DNA of 64,000 bases. Source: Parcubacteria group bacterium (GTDB lineage Bacteria; Patescibacteriota; Minisyncoccia; Moranbacterales; UBA2206). The position numbers and the translations under genes were made by a program. The stretch lies in NCBI GenBank assembly GCA_041659505.1, contig JBAZYF010000001.1, positions 566,712 through 630,711 of the forward strand, written 5' to 3'. Below the pieces are notes generated by a model, which ran no database searches, was not told where the DNA came from, and was given only the letters and a program-made list of their open reading frames with translations. Shown here piece after piece: positions 1-9,819 of the stretch. Within the stretch, counting starts at the first letter, position 1, and the number at the start of each line of letters is the position of its first letter.

Positions 1-1
1 G

Positions 2-2815
2 TTGGCGATGTGGTATATTTGCCACCGTAACGAAAACCGTTATTGGCGGGACGAGCCGTATACACTCTCCCATTTGCCCGATGGGATGACGGAAAGAGTG
101 GATGGAATTTTTGAAATTGATCCTGACACGCTCTCGCACGGTGCGAGGACAGTGGCGGAGATTGTCAAAAAAAGTTACACCGTGCTCGGATCGGACTTTG
201 AGGCGATGGTATGGATTTTTCGCGAGTTCAAAAAAATTGAATTCGAACTGCGCGAGAAAAAAATATCTGGCCGAAAAGCCGAAGATGAGCTCTACGGTTG
301 GTGTAGGCGTAATTTTGTGAATTACAAAAAATTGCGTGCGGTTGAGCTGACTGTGAAGCAAATTCGAGAGGAAGTGGCTAATTCACCACTTCCAATGCGA
401 AACGGAATTTTTGAGCAAAGAGAATTTGATGGCAATGCACTCAGCAAAGCTATCGCCTCCGGGCTTATTGATTTTGTGGGAGTGAAAAGCGACTTTAGAT
501 ATTCTTCGCTTTGTGGGGTGTTTTCGGTAGGGCATAATTCGGCGTGTCCGGAAGATGCGCCCCTTGTGCTTATTGGTGGGATCCGCAAGGTTCCCACTGG
601 AGGTCGCAGAACAAGTTTTATCCACCTGGCTGATTTGGCCGCGCCAATTCAACCGGAATGGCTGGAAGAGATTATGCCGCAGTTTTGCTCATACAACACC
701 GGAATCAATCCTTTTTATTCAAAGGAGCATGATTCCTGTATGTCCACGACGCAGATAGTGTGTAATGGGCAAAAAGTTGGTGAGCGGTTCGTGAGAGATC
801 AGTTCCATAAGCAAGCCCCGGAAATTTTCGCCAGATGGCTGGCGGGACAAACTGATTTGAGTGACACTATGCTTGCGGGCATGATGGCACGAAATCAGCT
901 CAATCAGCAAAAAGCCAAAACGCTCAACGTTTTAGCAGGATCGCCAGTTTTCAAAGAATTTTCCGAAAGTGCGCGAGTAGTATTTTATTCGGAAAAATTA
1001 CTCGGAGCTGGTAGTATTGCTGAAATTAGTGACCCAAATGGACTGCTTTTTCCGAGTATTGATGATGAACTGGCAAAACTGGTTTTATCGGAAAATCCTT
1101 GGGAGGTGGAATATTTTGGTCGAATTCGAGAGATTGAATATCGAGTCGGGTATGCGCCACGCGTGTTGCTCGAGTACAAAGAGCTTGAGAATAACAACTG
1201 GCTAAACCTTCCTTCGGAAGGCATTGTAATTCCCAGCGGGCGACAAGTAGATCTATATTTTATGCCCGACGGACGTTGGGACTATTCATTCAAAAACGGA
1301 GCTGAAATTAAAACTTGGTTTCGTGAAAAATTGAATGCTCAGCAATGGGAAAATTGGAATGACCATTCAGTAATCACCATTCCTGACATCAACGATGAAT
1401 CGGCAGTAATTCCGGAGATTCAAGTTGTTGAATACGGAAAGTGTGTGGTTGATGGGAGTCCACTTTATGGCTATGGCCTTGTTGTATCAAGTGGTAGTAG
1501 CTTCGCAGTAAAGTGGATGAAAAAAGAGGCAGAGGCGAAAGAGGCTCACGCCAATGCCGTGAAGAAATTCGGAGAAATTCGAGTGGAAATGCAAGCGAAA
1601 AGAGAACTGGAAAGTGCCAAAGCCGAAGCGACTGAAGCACGCAAAAAATTCTCTGTCCTGTATGAAAAGCATTATTATGACAGAGAAACTCTTGAGACGA
1701 TTCGTGAAAAATTGTCTCAGGGGAATCGAATTTGCGTAGCGGACAATTCGGCTGAGGGAAATCGGCAATATGCCGCTAAGATCAACGCGATGGTCGCAGA
1801 GATTGAAGCGGAACTGTCAGAAATCGCTCGTAGAAAAGCCGAAGCGGCGGCAGATTTGGAACGGGCCGTTGCGGCCGGAGAAGTGCTAGTTGGCTTTGAA
1901 GCCTGGCATCGCCGGAGTGGAATGAGTGGAAATGGCGACGGTTGGGTGATTCGATCTGACGGATCGCTCCGTGAGCATGATTCCGATACTGTCCAAAGAC
2001 ATAAATCGGACGGGACATATCATTGGGATTATGTTATGGGCGATGAGTTGGCACTCAAGTGGTCCTGTGGGACTATGCGAGATGTTGCTGGCGCAAGTGA
2101 GTTCGCGGTAGTGAAAATGCCGGTTGGCGGACTCACTGAAGCTCAACGCGAAGCAGTCAGAAGGATTGAACTGGATGATATCGGCACTGTTGAGAATTCA
2201 TTTGGTCTTGATCCCGAAGCGGCTGAGCGTCAGGCGAAACTGGTGGCGGAAGCTGCCAGAGTTTTCAAATGTTGTCCGGCTTGTGGGGATCAATTGGTCA
2301 TCGACGAAAATGCCTATCGCGCGCTTATTGGCGAATACGGAATGCATATTTGTCAGGATGACCAAAAAATTTCTCGCTTGTTGGATTATAACAAGCCGTT
2401 TGACGAGACGACGGAAGGGCGCGAAGCTCAAATCGTTGTTTCCAAGCGGATTTCCAATGGCGTGATCGAGGCGCTTGCCTATGAAAAATGGGGCGGGTGG
2501 AATCTCAATCTTCGCTGGAGAAAGCTATCGGAAGAAGAATTGGCAACCGAATCCGATGTGGAAATTGCTACTCAAGGCGACGGTTCTTTTTCTGAAGCCG
2601 GAGATCGTTATTTCCGTTGTTCCTGTGGACGACCGACTCGTCTGACGAAGGGCGACTGGAAACGCTATCTGGCAGGTGAAGAAATTTCACTCATGTGCTT
2701 AGGGTGCTATTCTAGCGGGATAGTCAAGAAAGAAGTGGAAGCCAGTGTAGGCGAAAAAGCTGGCGGAAACGGAGCACTCGACATTTCCAAGCTTAAGGAG
2801 GCTTGGGGAAAATAA
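2..2815 (+). CDS. DEAH/HrpA-like RNA helicase, C-terminal part (5' truncated by window) with long extension
   Basis: GSDFEAMVWIF..WCRRNFVNYKKLRAV and ALSKAIASGL..PIQPEWLEE resemble the HA2/OB-fold regions of DEAH helicases; C-terminal CPAC and CSC..CLGC motifs. Confidence 0.65.
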   Translation: MAMWYICHRNENRYWRDEPYTLSHLPDGMTERVDGIFEIDPDTLSHGARTVAEIVKKSYTVLGSDFEAMVWIFREFKKIEFELREKKISGRKAEDELYGWCRRNFVNYKKLRAVELTVKQIREEVANSPLPMRNGIFEQREFDGNALSKAIASGLIDFVGVKSDFRYSSLCGVFSVGHNSACPEDAPLVLIGGIRKVPTGGRRTSFIHLADLAAPIQPEWLEEIMPQFCSYNTGINPFYSKEHDSCMSTTQIVCNGQKVGERFVRDQFHKQAPEIFARWLAGQTDLSDTMLAGMMARNQLNQQKAKTLNVLAGSPVFKEFSESARVVFYSEKLLGAGSIAEISDPNGLLFPSIDDELAKLVLSENPWEVEYFGRIREIEYRVGYAPRVLLEYKELENNNWLNLPSEGIVIPSGRQVDLYFMPDGRWDYSFKNGAEIKTWFREKLNAQQWENWNDHSVITIPDINDESAVIPEIQVVEYGKCVVDGSPLYGYGLVVSSGSSFAVKWMKKEAEAKEAHANAVKKFGEIRVEMQAKRELESAKAEATEARKKFSVLYEKHYYDRETLETIREKLSQGNRICVADNSAEGNRQYAAKINAMVAEIEAELSEIARRKAEAAADLERAVAAGEVLVGFEAWHRRSGMSGNGDGWVIRSDGSLREHDSDTVQRHKSDGTYHWDYVMGDELALKWSCGTMRDVAGASEFAVVKMPVGGLTEAQREAVRRIELDDIGTVENSFGLDPEAAERQAKLVAEAARVFKCCPACGDQLVIDENAYRALIGEYGMHICQDDQKISRLLDYNKPFDETTEGREAQIVVSKRISNGVIEALAYEKWGGWNLNLRWRKLSEEELATESDVEIATQGDGSFSEAGDRYFRCSCGRPTRLTKGDWKRYLAGEEISLMCLGCYSSGIVKKEVEASVGEKAGGNGALDISKLKEAWGK

Positions 2816-2861
2816 CGAAAAAAACGCTCGGAATCGAAGCGTTAGTCGGGCAAGGAGAAAA

Positions 2862-3221
2862 ATGATAGCAGCGGAATTTAAAGAAAGAGCTGAAGCCTTA
2901 GCTCTCTGCGTGAATAACCCCTTCGAACTTCTTTTCTTTGTGACCGAGACAAAGTCTTGGCCGAAGGAACTGGAGGATGGCGATCGGTTTTCCCCGGAGG
3001 AGGCTGAAAAGCTAATCCGGGAGACGGGGATAAAAGAACATTCCCAAAAAATCACCGTAGTCTTTTCTCCTACCGGAAATCCGGTAGAGCTCAAAGTTTT
3101 TGTATTTCCTGACCAAAGCGTTATTCTTTGGGACGATCAGGAAATGGGCGGAGATTTCGTGACAGCTCAATCATTTGAAGAGCTGGAAGAATTTTTTGCC
3201 TATGAGGATGACGAAGATTAA
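2862..3221 (+). CDS. hypothetical acidic protein
   Basis: 119-aa ORF with AAGGAG SD, directly after the helicase. Confidence 0.6.
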   Translation: MIAAEFKERAEALALCVNNPFELLFFVTETKSWPKELEDGDRFSPEEAEKLIRETGIKEHSQKITVVFSPTGNPVELKVFVFPDQSVILWDDQEMGGDFVTAQSFEELEEFFAYEDDED

Positions 3222-3371
3222 GTTTGATCGCGAAGCAGTCGGTAAACGCGTGAATCCCTGCTAGCTGGTCCCGGCGATAGGATGGGCATTGTTCTTTCAA
3301 GAAAAAACAGATTTTCAAATCCGGCTGAAGTACTTAGCTCGAAATGAAAACTAAAAAATTGTAGGGGAAGT

Positions 3372-3704
3372 GTGTTGGAGATTTTTAATCCTAAAAATCT
3401 CCACCTTCTCGTGCAAAAAACTCTCTGCGATTTTCCATGGATTCGCAGGGTCGTCCAAAAAATTCTCGTAAAATCGAAAGGAGGTGAGCACTTGATTCTG
3501 CTCAAATATATTTCTGGCCCGCTGGCCGGAACATCCCTGCCAGTTTCCGGTGATATTGACGCCGACAGGTTTCTGGCGGATCTCGTCAGTTTGGGATGGG
3601 TGTGGGAGGTGGTTTCCTGTCCTGCTAACATCCCTCTGGATGATGGGCTGAAAAAATGGATGCGAGCGGATTTGAGAGCTCGCTTGGAGTTATTAAAAAA
3701 ATAG
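3372..3704 (+). CDS. hypothetical protein
   Basis: 110-aa ORF, GTG start with AGGGGA SD, followed by a hairpin at about 3781-3826. Confidence 0.45.
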   Translation: MLEIFNPKNLHLLVQKTLCDFPWIRRVVQKILVKSKGGEHLILLKYISGPLAGTSLPVSGDIDADRFLADLVSLGWVWEVVSCPANIPLDDGLKKWMRADLRARLELLKK

Positions 3705-4085
3705 GGAAAAGTTCTTTGTGTTTTTCCGTTAGTAGGGTTTCAGTGTAAACCTGAAAACGGACAAGGGTGAAATAATTTGCCGGGAGGAAAGGAATGTTTT
3801 ATTGTCATTCTTTTTCCTCCCGTTTTTATCTTAGAATTTATCTTTTGGGATAAAAGTTGAGATGAGAAATACTACGCAATATAAAGAACAAAACGGGACT
3901 TTGGAATTGTAGCCAAAGCCTGTTTTTTGTTTGAGAAATTTGTTGAAAAAAACCAAATAAATTTATAACTCCACTAACTCATATTCATTTTTTCCGAGTC
4001 CTAATTTTTTTTGCAAACCCAATTCGTTTGTCCTTGGTTGCCAAAATAAAAATCCCCGATGAGCGATGTCATCGGGGATGAGAGT

Positions 4086-4316
4086 TTAGAAATCTAATTC
4101 AGTTTCTGGATTCATGTAAAATTCTGGATTTGGATTATATCCGGAGTCATAAGAGCTATAGTAGGATTCTTTTTCTCTCTTTTTCTTTATGCTTTCTGCT
4201 GATAGCCTGGGTATATTATTATAAGGACTGTGCTGCTCATTTTTTTTCAATGCATCATCTACGCATATGCGTTGACACCTTTCTTTTTTTGTTAGCTTTT
4301 TGCTTTTATTTTTCAT
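4086..4316 (-). CDS. hypothetical protein
   Basis: 76-aa ORF with AAGGGA SD, downstream of 4335-4805, followed by hairpin ATCCCCGATGA..TCATCGGGGAT. Confidence 0.5.
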   Translation of the reverse strand: MKNKSKKLTKKERCQRICVDDALKKNEQHSPYNNIPRLSAESIKKKREKESYYSSYDSGYNPNPEFYMNPETELDF

Positions 4317-4334
4317 TTGGACTTTCCCTTGTTT

Positions 4335-4805
4335 TTAAAAACAAAATGGACGCCCAGTCATTTTATGACGATGCGCTTCTTTCCGACAGCAACAACAAGT
4401 GCCTGGCTGTCCATGTGCATTTACGCCACCGCCAATCATTGGTATAAAATAGGGGCACATTATACAGGTCATCGCTGGAACATTCGATAGTGCTGCGTAT
4501 ACTTGGCGCATTTCATAGGGATAGTCTTCAGGCCATGGCATATTTCTTTTTTCTTTTTGGTAATCTGGATTTTGTGGGAATGCCTGGAGAACTGCCTTGT
4601 GAGCATCAATATGAATCCATCTTTCAGTTTCATGCCCACCCATCATCCCCAGTACTTTCGCGCCTCTGCCAAGTTGTTTATCGCGATTGTCGCCAACTGG
4701 CAATACTACTCCTGGATTTTTTCCCAATACAATATCCAGTGCCTTTTCTTCTTCGTCAGTGTCGGGCTGAAATTTAAGCGTGAATCCGCTAATCCACATT
4801 CTCAT
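4335..4805 (-). CDS. hypothetical Cys-rich (putative metal-binding) protein
   Basis: Start re-placed at MRMWISG behind AAGGAGG; CIMC and CCCC motifs. Confidence 0.6.
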   Translation of the reverse strand: MRMWISGFTLKFQPDTDEEEKALDIVLGKNPGVVLPVGDNRDKQLGRGAKVLGMMGGHETERWIHIDAHKAVLQAFPQNPDYQKEKRNMPWPEDYPYEMRQVYAALSNVPAMTCIMCPYFIPMIGGGVNAHGQPGTCCCCRKEAHRHKMTGRPFCF

Positions 4806-5023
4806 AAAAACCTCCTTTTTTAATTTGTTAATATGCTCGCCAACTACGGCTAGTTGACTCCTCATCTTACTATTTCCACAAAATAAGTCAAAATATCCGA
4901 TAGTTTTTGTGCTAGTTATTCAAACAATGGCCAATAAAAGCCAAAATTGACATAAAATAAAAAAGCTGATAAGCTTAAAATATCATCGGAAAAAGCGACA
5001 TATAGTTAAAATAGCCTAAAATT

Positions 5024-5746
5024 ATGCTAGAAACGTTGAAAAAAATAGGAATGGAAGAAAAACAAGCTAAGCTTTATTTGGCTTGTCTTTCGCTTGGCGC
5101 GACGACTATTATTGAAATAGCGCGCAAAACCGGCATAAAAAGGACGACCGTCTATGAAAACTTGGACGAGATGGTGCGAGCTGGTTATGTGAAAGTAATG
5201 AAAAAGGAAAAAAGAAAACGCTATCTTGCATTGGAACCAAAGGAGCTAAAAGATTTGATCAGAAGAAAAGAAGCCCTGCTTGAGCAAATAATGCCCCAGC
5301 TTACAGCGATGAACAATGTTAGCAGCATTAAACCGAAAGTGTGGTTTTATGAGGGAAAAGAAGGAATTCTTGAAGCCTATGAAGATTCGCTGAATTATTC
5401 TAATATTGAAGTTGTAGGCTTCGCTTCCGGGGAAGTTTTAAAGATGTTTAGCCTAAAAGAAGTGGAAAAATATATTGCCAGAAGACAACGCAAAAAAATT
5501 ATCCAAACACTGATTATGCCTGAAGACAAAGATGCAAAAAGTTTTATTGTTAATGCGAGCGAACAATTACGAAGAGTGAAAGTGGTAAGCGAAGAAGAGT
5601 ATCCTTTTAAAATCGAAATTAATATCTATGCTAACCGCTTGGCTTTGTTTTCCGTGAAAGACAAAATGGCAGTGATTATGGAATCAGAACCAATTTCATC
5701 AGCGATGCGCATGATCTTTAGGATGTGCTGGAAGGGGATTGATTAG
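5024..5746 (+). CDS. TrmB-family transcriptional regulator
   Basis: N-terminal wHTH (LKKIGMEEKQAKLYLA..IARKTGIKRTTVY), PKVWFYEGKEG linker, PLD-like C-domain. Confidence 0.9.
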   Translation: MLETLKKIGMEEKQAKLYLACLSLGATTIIEIARKTGIKRTTVYENLDEMVRAGYVKVMKKEKRKRYLALEPKELKDLIRRKEALLEQIMPQLTAMNNVSSIKPKVWFYEGKEGILEAYEDSLNYSNIEVVGFASGEVLKMFSLKEVEKYIARRQRKKIIQTLIMPEDKDAKSFIVNASEQLRRVKVVSEEEYPFKIEINIYANRLALFSVKDKMAVIMESEPISSAMRMIFRMCWKGID

Positions 5747-5797
5747 TAAACTGTACAGATAAGTACAGACTAAAAAAACTGACGAATTTTAAATTCT

Positions 5798-7954
5798 ATG
5801 CACCAAACCCTCAAAAAATATTTTGGCTATGACGAATTTAGACCGCTGCAGGCGGAGATCATTTCGCATGTTTTGGAAAAAAATAATGCGTTTGTTTTGA
5901 TGCCGACTGGAGGCGGGAAGTCGCTGTGCTATCAGCTGCCGGCGCTCAAATTTCCTGGCATCACGCTGGTCATCTCTCCGCTCATTGCGCTCATGAAAGA
6001 CCAGGTAGACGCCCTGCGAGCGAATGGAATTGTGGCGGAGTTCATTAACAGCACGCTGGAACTTTCGGAAATTTCTAAGATTGAAAACAAGGCGCGCACG
6101 GGTGAGCTGAAAATTCTCTATGTGGCGCCGGAGCGATTGGCTTTGGATTATTTTCAAGCTTTTCTCAAAACTTTAAAAATAAGTTTGATTGCGATTGATG
6201 AAGCGCATTGTATCTCCGAATGGGGACATGATTTTCGTCCCGATTATCGCAATCTCGCAAAACTGCGAAAGCTTTTTCCAGTTGTACCGGTGATGGCGCT
6301 CACGGCGACGGCGACAGACAGGGTGCGCGAGGATATCGTGCGGCAACTGGAAATGCAAGAAGCGCGCGTTTTTATTTCCAGTTTCAATCGTCCCAACTTG
6401 AGTTATGTCGTGCGACCGAAAAAGAATGCTTTTTTAAATTTGGTAAATTTGCTTAAAAAATATCAGGATCGATCGGTGATTATCTATTGTTTTTCGCGAA
6501 AAGATACGGAAAGTATTGCGGCGAATTTAAAGCTTGAAGGATTTAAGGCGGCGGCCTATCATGCGGGTTTGGAAAATGAAAAAAGAAGAATGACGCAAGA
6601 AAAATTTGTGCGCGATGAAGTGCAAATTATTGTGGCAACGATTGCGTTTGGAATGGGCATCGACAAACCGGATGTGCGTCTCATTGTCCACTACACTTTG
6701 CCTAAATCGATCGAAGGTTACTATCAAGAAACCGGACGTGCCGGGCGGGATGGTTTGCCTAGTGAGTGCGTGCTGTTCTATTCTTTTGGCGATACAATGA
6801 AGCATAATTTTTTTCTGCGTGAGATCCAAGATGAAGCTGAGCGAGCGAGCGGTCAGAAAAAGTTGGCGCAAGTGGTGGAATATGCAGAACTGCGGACGTG
6901 CCGGCGAGAATATTTGTTGCAATATTTCAGTGAAAAACAAGTGGTGGAAAATTGCGGAGGATGTGATGTGTGCCTCACTCCGAAAGAGGAAGTGGACGCG
7001 ACAATTATCACGCAAAAAATTCTTTCTACGATTGTGCGCACCGGTGAACGCTTTGGCGGTCGGCACATCATCAGTGTTCTGCGCGGAGCGCGGTTGAAAA
7101 AAATTCTGGAGCTGGGACATGATAAGCTTTCCGTTTTTGGAATTGCCAAAGACGCGAGCGAAGAAGAGTTGCGCTATTTTATTTCACTGCTACTTGTGAA
7201 AGGATTCATTGCGAAACATGATGGAGAATATCCGACGCTCTATCTCACCAATCTTGGCAAGAAGTTTTTGAATAATCGTGAGACCATTATTTTGCCCTCA
7301 CCGCAGTTTGAAAAAGAACCGGAGGCACAAAGGAAGAAAGGCGCGCTGGAATATGACACGGGACTGTTTGAAGAGCTTAGAATTTTACGAAAGAATCTGG
7401 CTGACCAAAAAGGCGTTCCTCCGTTTGTCATTTTCAGCGATGTAGCGCTCCAAGAAATGGCCTACTATTTCCCACAAACAAAAGAAAGCTTTTTGCAAAT
7501 CAGTGGCGTTGGGGCGATGAAGCTTGCGCAATACGGGGAGAAATTTATGCCGATTATTCGGGAATATGTGAAGGTGCATAATTTGATTAGTAGAGACGAG
7601 GCATTGCCTCGTCTAGGAATTAAACAACGAAAAGACGAGGCGGTGCCTCGTCTCTATGGGGGTGCAGGATCGACATACTTCGAAACCAAAAAATTATTGG
7701 ACGCAGGATTGGCGATTGAAAAAATCGCCAGCGCGCGCAAATTATCGCAGGGGACGATTATTGATCACATTGAAAAACTGAAAGCCGGAGGCGAAGAATT
7801 AACTTTGAAGCATCTGCGTTTGCCTGAGGAAAGATTTCAAAAAATAAAATCCGCCTTCGAAAAATCCGGTGGAATGATGCTTTCGCCGGTGCGGGAAATT
7901 TTGGGGGATGATTTCAATTATGATGAACTAAGAGTGGCGCGGTTGTTTTTGTGA
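5798..7954 (+). CDS. recQ: ATP-dependent DNA helicase RecQ
   Basis: MPTGGGKSLCYQLP, DEAHCISEWGHDFRP, QETGRAGRDG, Zn-binding/RQC, HRDC and C-terminal HTH regions. Confidence 0.97.
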   Translation: MHQTLKKYFGYDEFRPLQAEIISHVLEKNNAFVLMPTGGGKSLCYQLPALKFPGITLVISPLIALMKDQVDALRANGIVAEFINSTLELSEISKIENKARTGELKILYVAPERLALDYFQAFLKTLKISLIAIDEAHCISEWGHDFRPDYRNLAKLRKLFPVVPVMALTATATDRVREDIVRQLEMQEARVFISSFNRPNLSYVVRPKKNAFLNLVNLLKKYQDRSVIIYCFSRKDTESIAANLKLEGFKAAAYHAGLENEKRRMTQEKFVRDEVQIIVATIAFGMGIDKPDVRLIVHYTLPKSIEGYYQETGRAGRDGLPSECVLFYSFGDTMKHNFFLREIQDEAERASGQKKLAQVVEYAELRTCRREYLLQYFSEKQVVENCGGCDVCLTPKEEVDATIITQKILSTIVRTGERFGGRHIISVLRGARLKKILELGHDKLSVFGIAKDASEEELRYFISLLLVKGFIAKHDGEYPTLYLTNLGKKFLNNRETIILPSPQFEKEPEAQRKKGALEYDTGLFEELRILRKNLADQKGVPPFVIFSDVALQEMAYYFPQTKESFLQISGVGAMKLAQYGEKFMPIIREYVKVHNLISRDEALPRLGIKQRKDEAVPRLYGGAGSTYFETKKLLDAGLAIEKIASARKLSQGTIIDHIEKLKAGGEELTLKHLRLPEERFQKIKSAFEKSGGMMLSPVREILGDDFNYDELRVARLFL
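7590..7657. repeat. REP doublet (REPIN-like) inserted in-frame in recQ
   Basis: GTAGAGACGAGGCATTGCCTCGTCT .. AGACGAGGCGGTGCCTCGTCTCTAT; encodes DEALPRL..DEAVPRL. Confidence 0.85.
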
Positions 7955-7968
7955 ATTTTGGGCGGGGG

Positions 7969-8011
7969 TTGACTTGGGGATAGTTCCTAGTATACTAGGA
8001 ACTAGGAACTA
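7969..8011 (+). promoter_or_regulatory. sigma70 promoter overlapped by a 24-bp perfect palindrome (putative operator)
   Basis: TTGACT-16-TATACT; TAGTTCCTAGTATACTAGGAACTA at 7981-8004 plus an extra CTAGGAACTA half-site. Confidence 0.7.
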
Positions 8012-8030
8012 ATAATTGTAGGCAAAAAAT

Positions 8031-9026
8031 ATGGACAAAACTACTTCTGAGAAAATAATTGAATATATCGCCAAAAACAGCCAGGCTAGTGGTAAAGAGC
8101 TGGCTGATTATTTGGAAATTACTGATCGTGGCGTGCGAAAGCAACTAAAAACGCTACTCGAAAGAAATGAAATTTGCAAAATAGGTAAGTCGCCAAAAGT
8201 TTTTTATCGCATTGCTGCAGAAAAAACCGTAGTTTTTAAACTTGCTATGGACGGAGTTGTTGTTGGTGAAAAAGTTAAAAAATTTATTAACGATCACTAT
8301 CTTAATATCACTCCTATCGGAGAGAGAAAAGAGGGTTGGGCTGGTTTTGTGGCTTGGTGCCAAAAAACCAATCAAGATGTGGCAAGAATGGCGCAGGATT
8401 ATTATAATTTGATGGAAAAATATAATAAATTCAAAACAGAAAAGGGATTAATCGATGGCAGGAAGAAAATAAAAAATACTTTTCCTGAAATGCATCTTGA
8501 CGAGCTATTCTATGTTGATTTCTATAGCATTGAACGATTTGGAAAAACAAAACTGGGGCAGTTGCTTTTGCATGCCAAACAGAGTCAGAACAAAAAGTTG
8601 ATCAGAGAAATTTCTAGTGAAGTGAAGGAAAAAGTGGAATATTTAGTTAAAAAATTTCGGATTGATGGTGTCGGCTATATTCCTCCGACTGTGAAACGTG
8701 AAGTGCAATTTATGAAGGAGCTGCAGCGAAATTTGAAGCTTCCGCTAAGGATGTTGGCTATTTCCAAGATAAAAACAGAAATAGCCGTTGCCCAAAAAAC
8801 ACTCACAAAGTTGCCTGATCGTATAGAGAATGCAAAAAAGACGTTTATTGTGGAAGGCGTTACCAACTATAATAATATTTTGCTTATTGATGATGCGGTC
8901 GGTTCCGGAGCAACACTGAATGAAGTGGCAGGCAAAATTAGAGAAAAGAAAATTTGCAAGGGCAAAATAATCGGGCTAGCAATCACGGGAAGCTTTAAGG
9001 GATTTGATGTTATTAGTGAAGTTTAG
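8031..9026 (+). CDS. wHTH + phosphoribosyltransferase (ComF-like) protein
   Basis: N-terminal HTH (SGKELADYLEITDRGVRKQL); PRPP-binding motif ILLIDDAVGSGATL. Confidence 0.8.
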   Translation: MDKTTSEKIIEYIAKNSQASGKELADYLEITDRGVRKQLKTLLERNEICKIGKSPKVFYRIAAEKTVVFKLAMDGVVVGEKVKKFINDHYLNITPIGERKEGWAGFVAWCQKTNQDVARMAQDYYNLMEKYNKFKTEKGLIDGRKKIKNTFPEMHLDELFYVDFYSIERFGKTKLGQLLLHAKQSQNKKLIREISSEVKEKVEYLVKKFRIDGVGYIPPTVKREVQFMKELQRNLKLPLRMLAISKIKTEIAVAQKTLTKLPDRIENAKKTFIVEGVTNYNNILLIDDAVGSGATLNEVAGKIREKKICKGKIIGLAITGSFKGFDVISEV

Positions 9027-9050
9027 TTTTTTTTGGCTTTTCTTTGCATG

Positions 9051-9098
9051 CAAGAGTTTTGATACGACAAGCTGAAAGTGGCGCGGTTGTTTTTGTGA
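9051..9098 (+). pseudogene. relic copy of recQ 3' end
   Basis: 22-bp identity to 7933-7954; translates QEF*YDKLKVARLFL* versus DDFNYDELRVARLFL*. Confidence 0.85.
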
Positions 9099-9168
9099 GT
9101 TATTCTCAATTATTACTTGGCTGGTGGAATAGTGCTAGTGAGTATTTAAATAACTTTATCTAACTAAT

Positions 9169-9819
9169 ATGGAATTATTAAAAAAAGTCAGCCGGCTTGA
9201 AGTTAAAAGATGTTTCGTTCTTTCGCAAAGATTTACATCAAAAAAGATGCGCAAAGATGAAATAAAAAAGCACATCATCAAACCGGAGAAAGTGACTTTT
9301 TTAAAAAATCTGGAGATAAGTAAAAAAGCCATACTAAAAATGAAAGAAACAGAAATTGATCAGTTCATTGCTGTTGAATATAAAAAAAGACTTAAGGCTT
9401 ATGATGGGGTTGAGTGGTTTATCGGTTATGTCTATTTATCCGAGGTCGGTATTTGGAAAGGTGCAGGTGGAATTCCCAAGGCTTGGTCAACTGGTTCTCT
9501 TTTGGATTCTGCTCAGGAAGTGGCGAAGGAACTGAGAAAGACTAATTCAAAATATTCCAGAATCAGAGCAATAAAAGCAGTGCCAGAAATAATTAAATTT
9601 AAGGCAGTCATAAAAAAGGAAAAGTATTTGTTGCCAATAATGCTTCCGGGAGGAACGATTCCTGTTTGTCGGAAAGGTATGCGTCCGATGAATTTTGACG
9701 TCGATGATGGGTGTATGCGTTCGTTGGCATTTGCTGTCAGTGGTGACGGACAGATAAAAGCCTATGTCGGGATTTTTGCTAAAGATGCTTCCCAAATCAC
9801 CTCAAAAAAACCTTTTTGA
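9169..9819 (+). CDS. hypothetical basic protein
   Basis: 216-aa ORF; 3' end overlaps the convergent TrmB gene by 58 nt. Confidence 0.65.
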   Translation: MELLKKVSRLEVKRCFVLSQRFTSKKMRKDEIKKHIIKPEKVTFLKNLEISKKAILKMKETEIDQFIAVEYKKRLKAYDGVEWFIGYVYLSEVGIWKGAGGIPKAWSTGSLLDSAQEVAKELRKTNSKYSRIRAIKAVPEIIKFKAVIKKEKYLLPIMLPGGTIPVCRKGMRPMNFDVDDGCMRSLAFAVSGDGQIKAYVGIFAKDASQITSKKPF

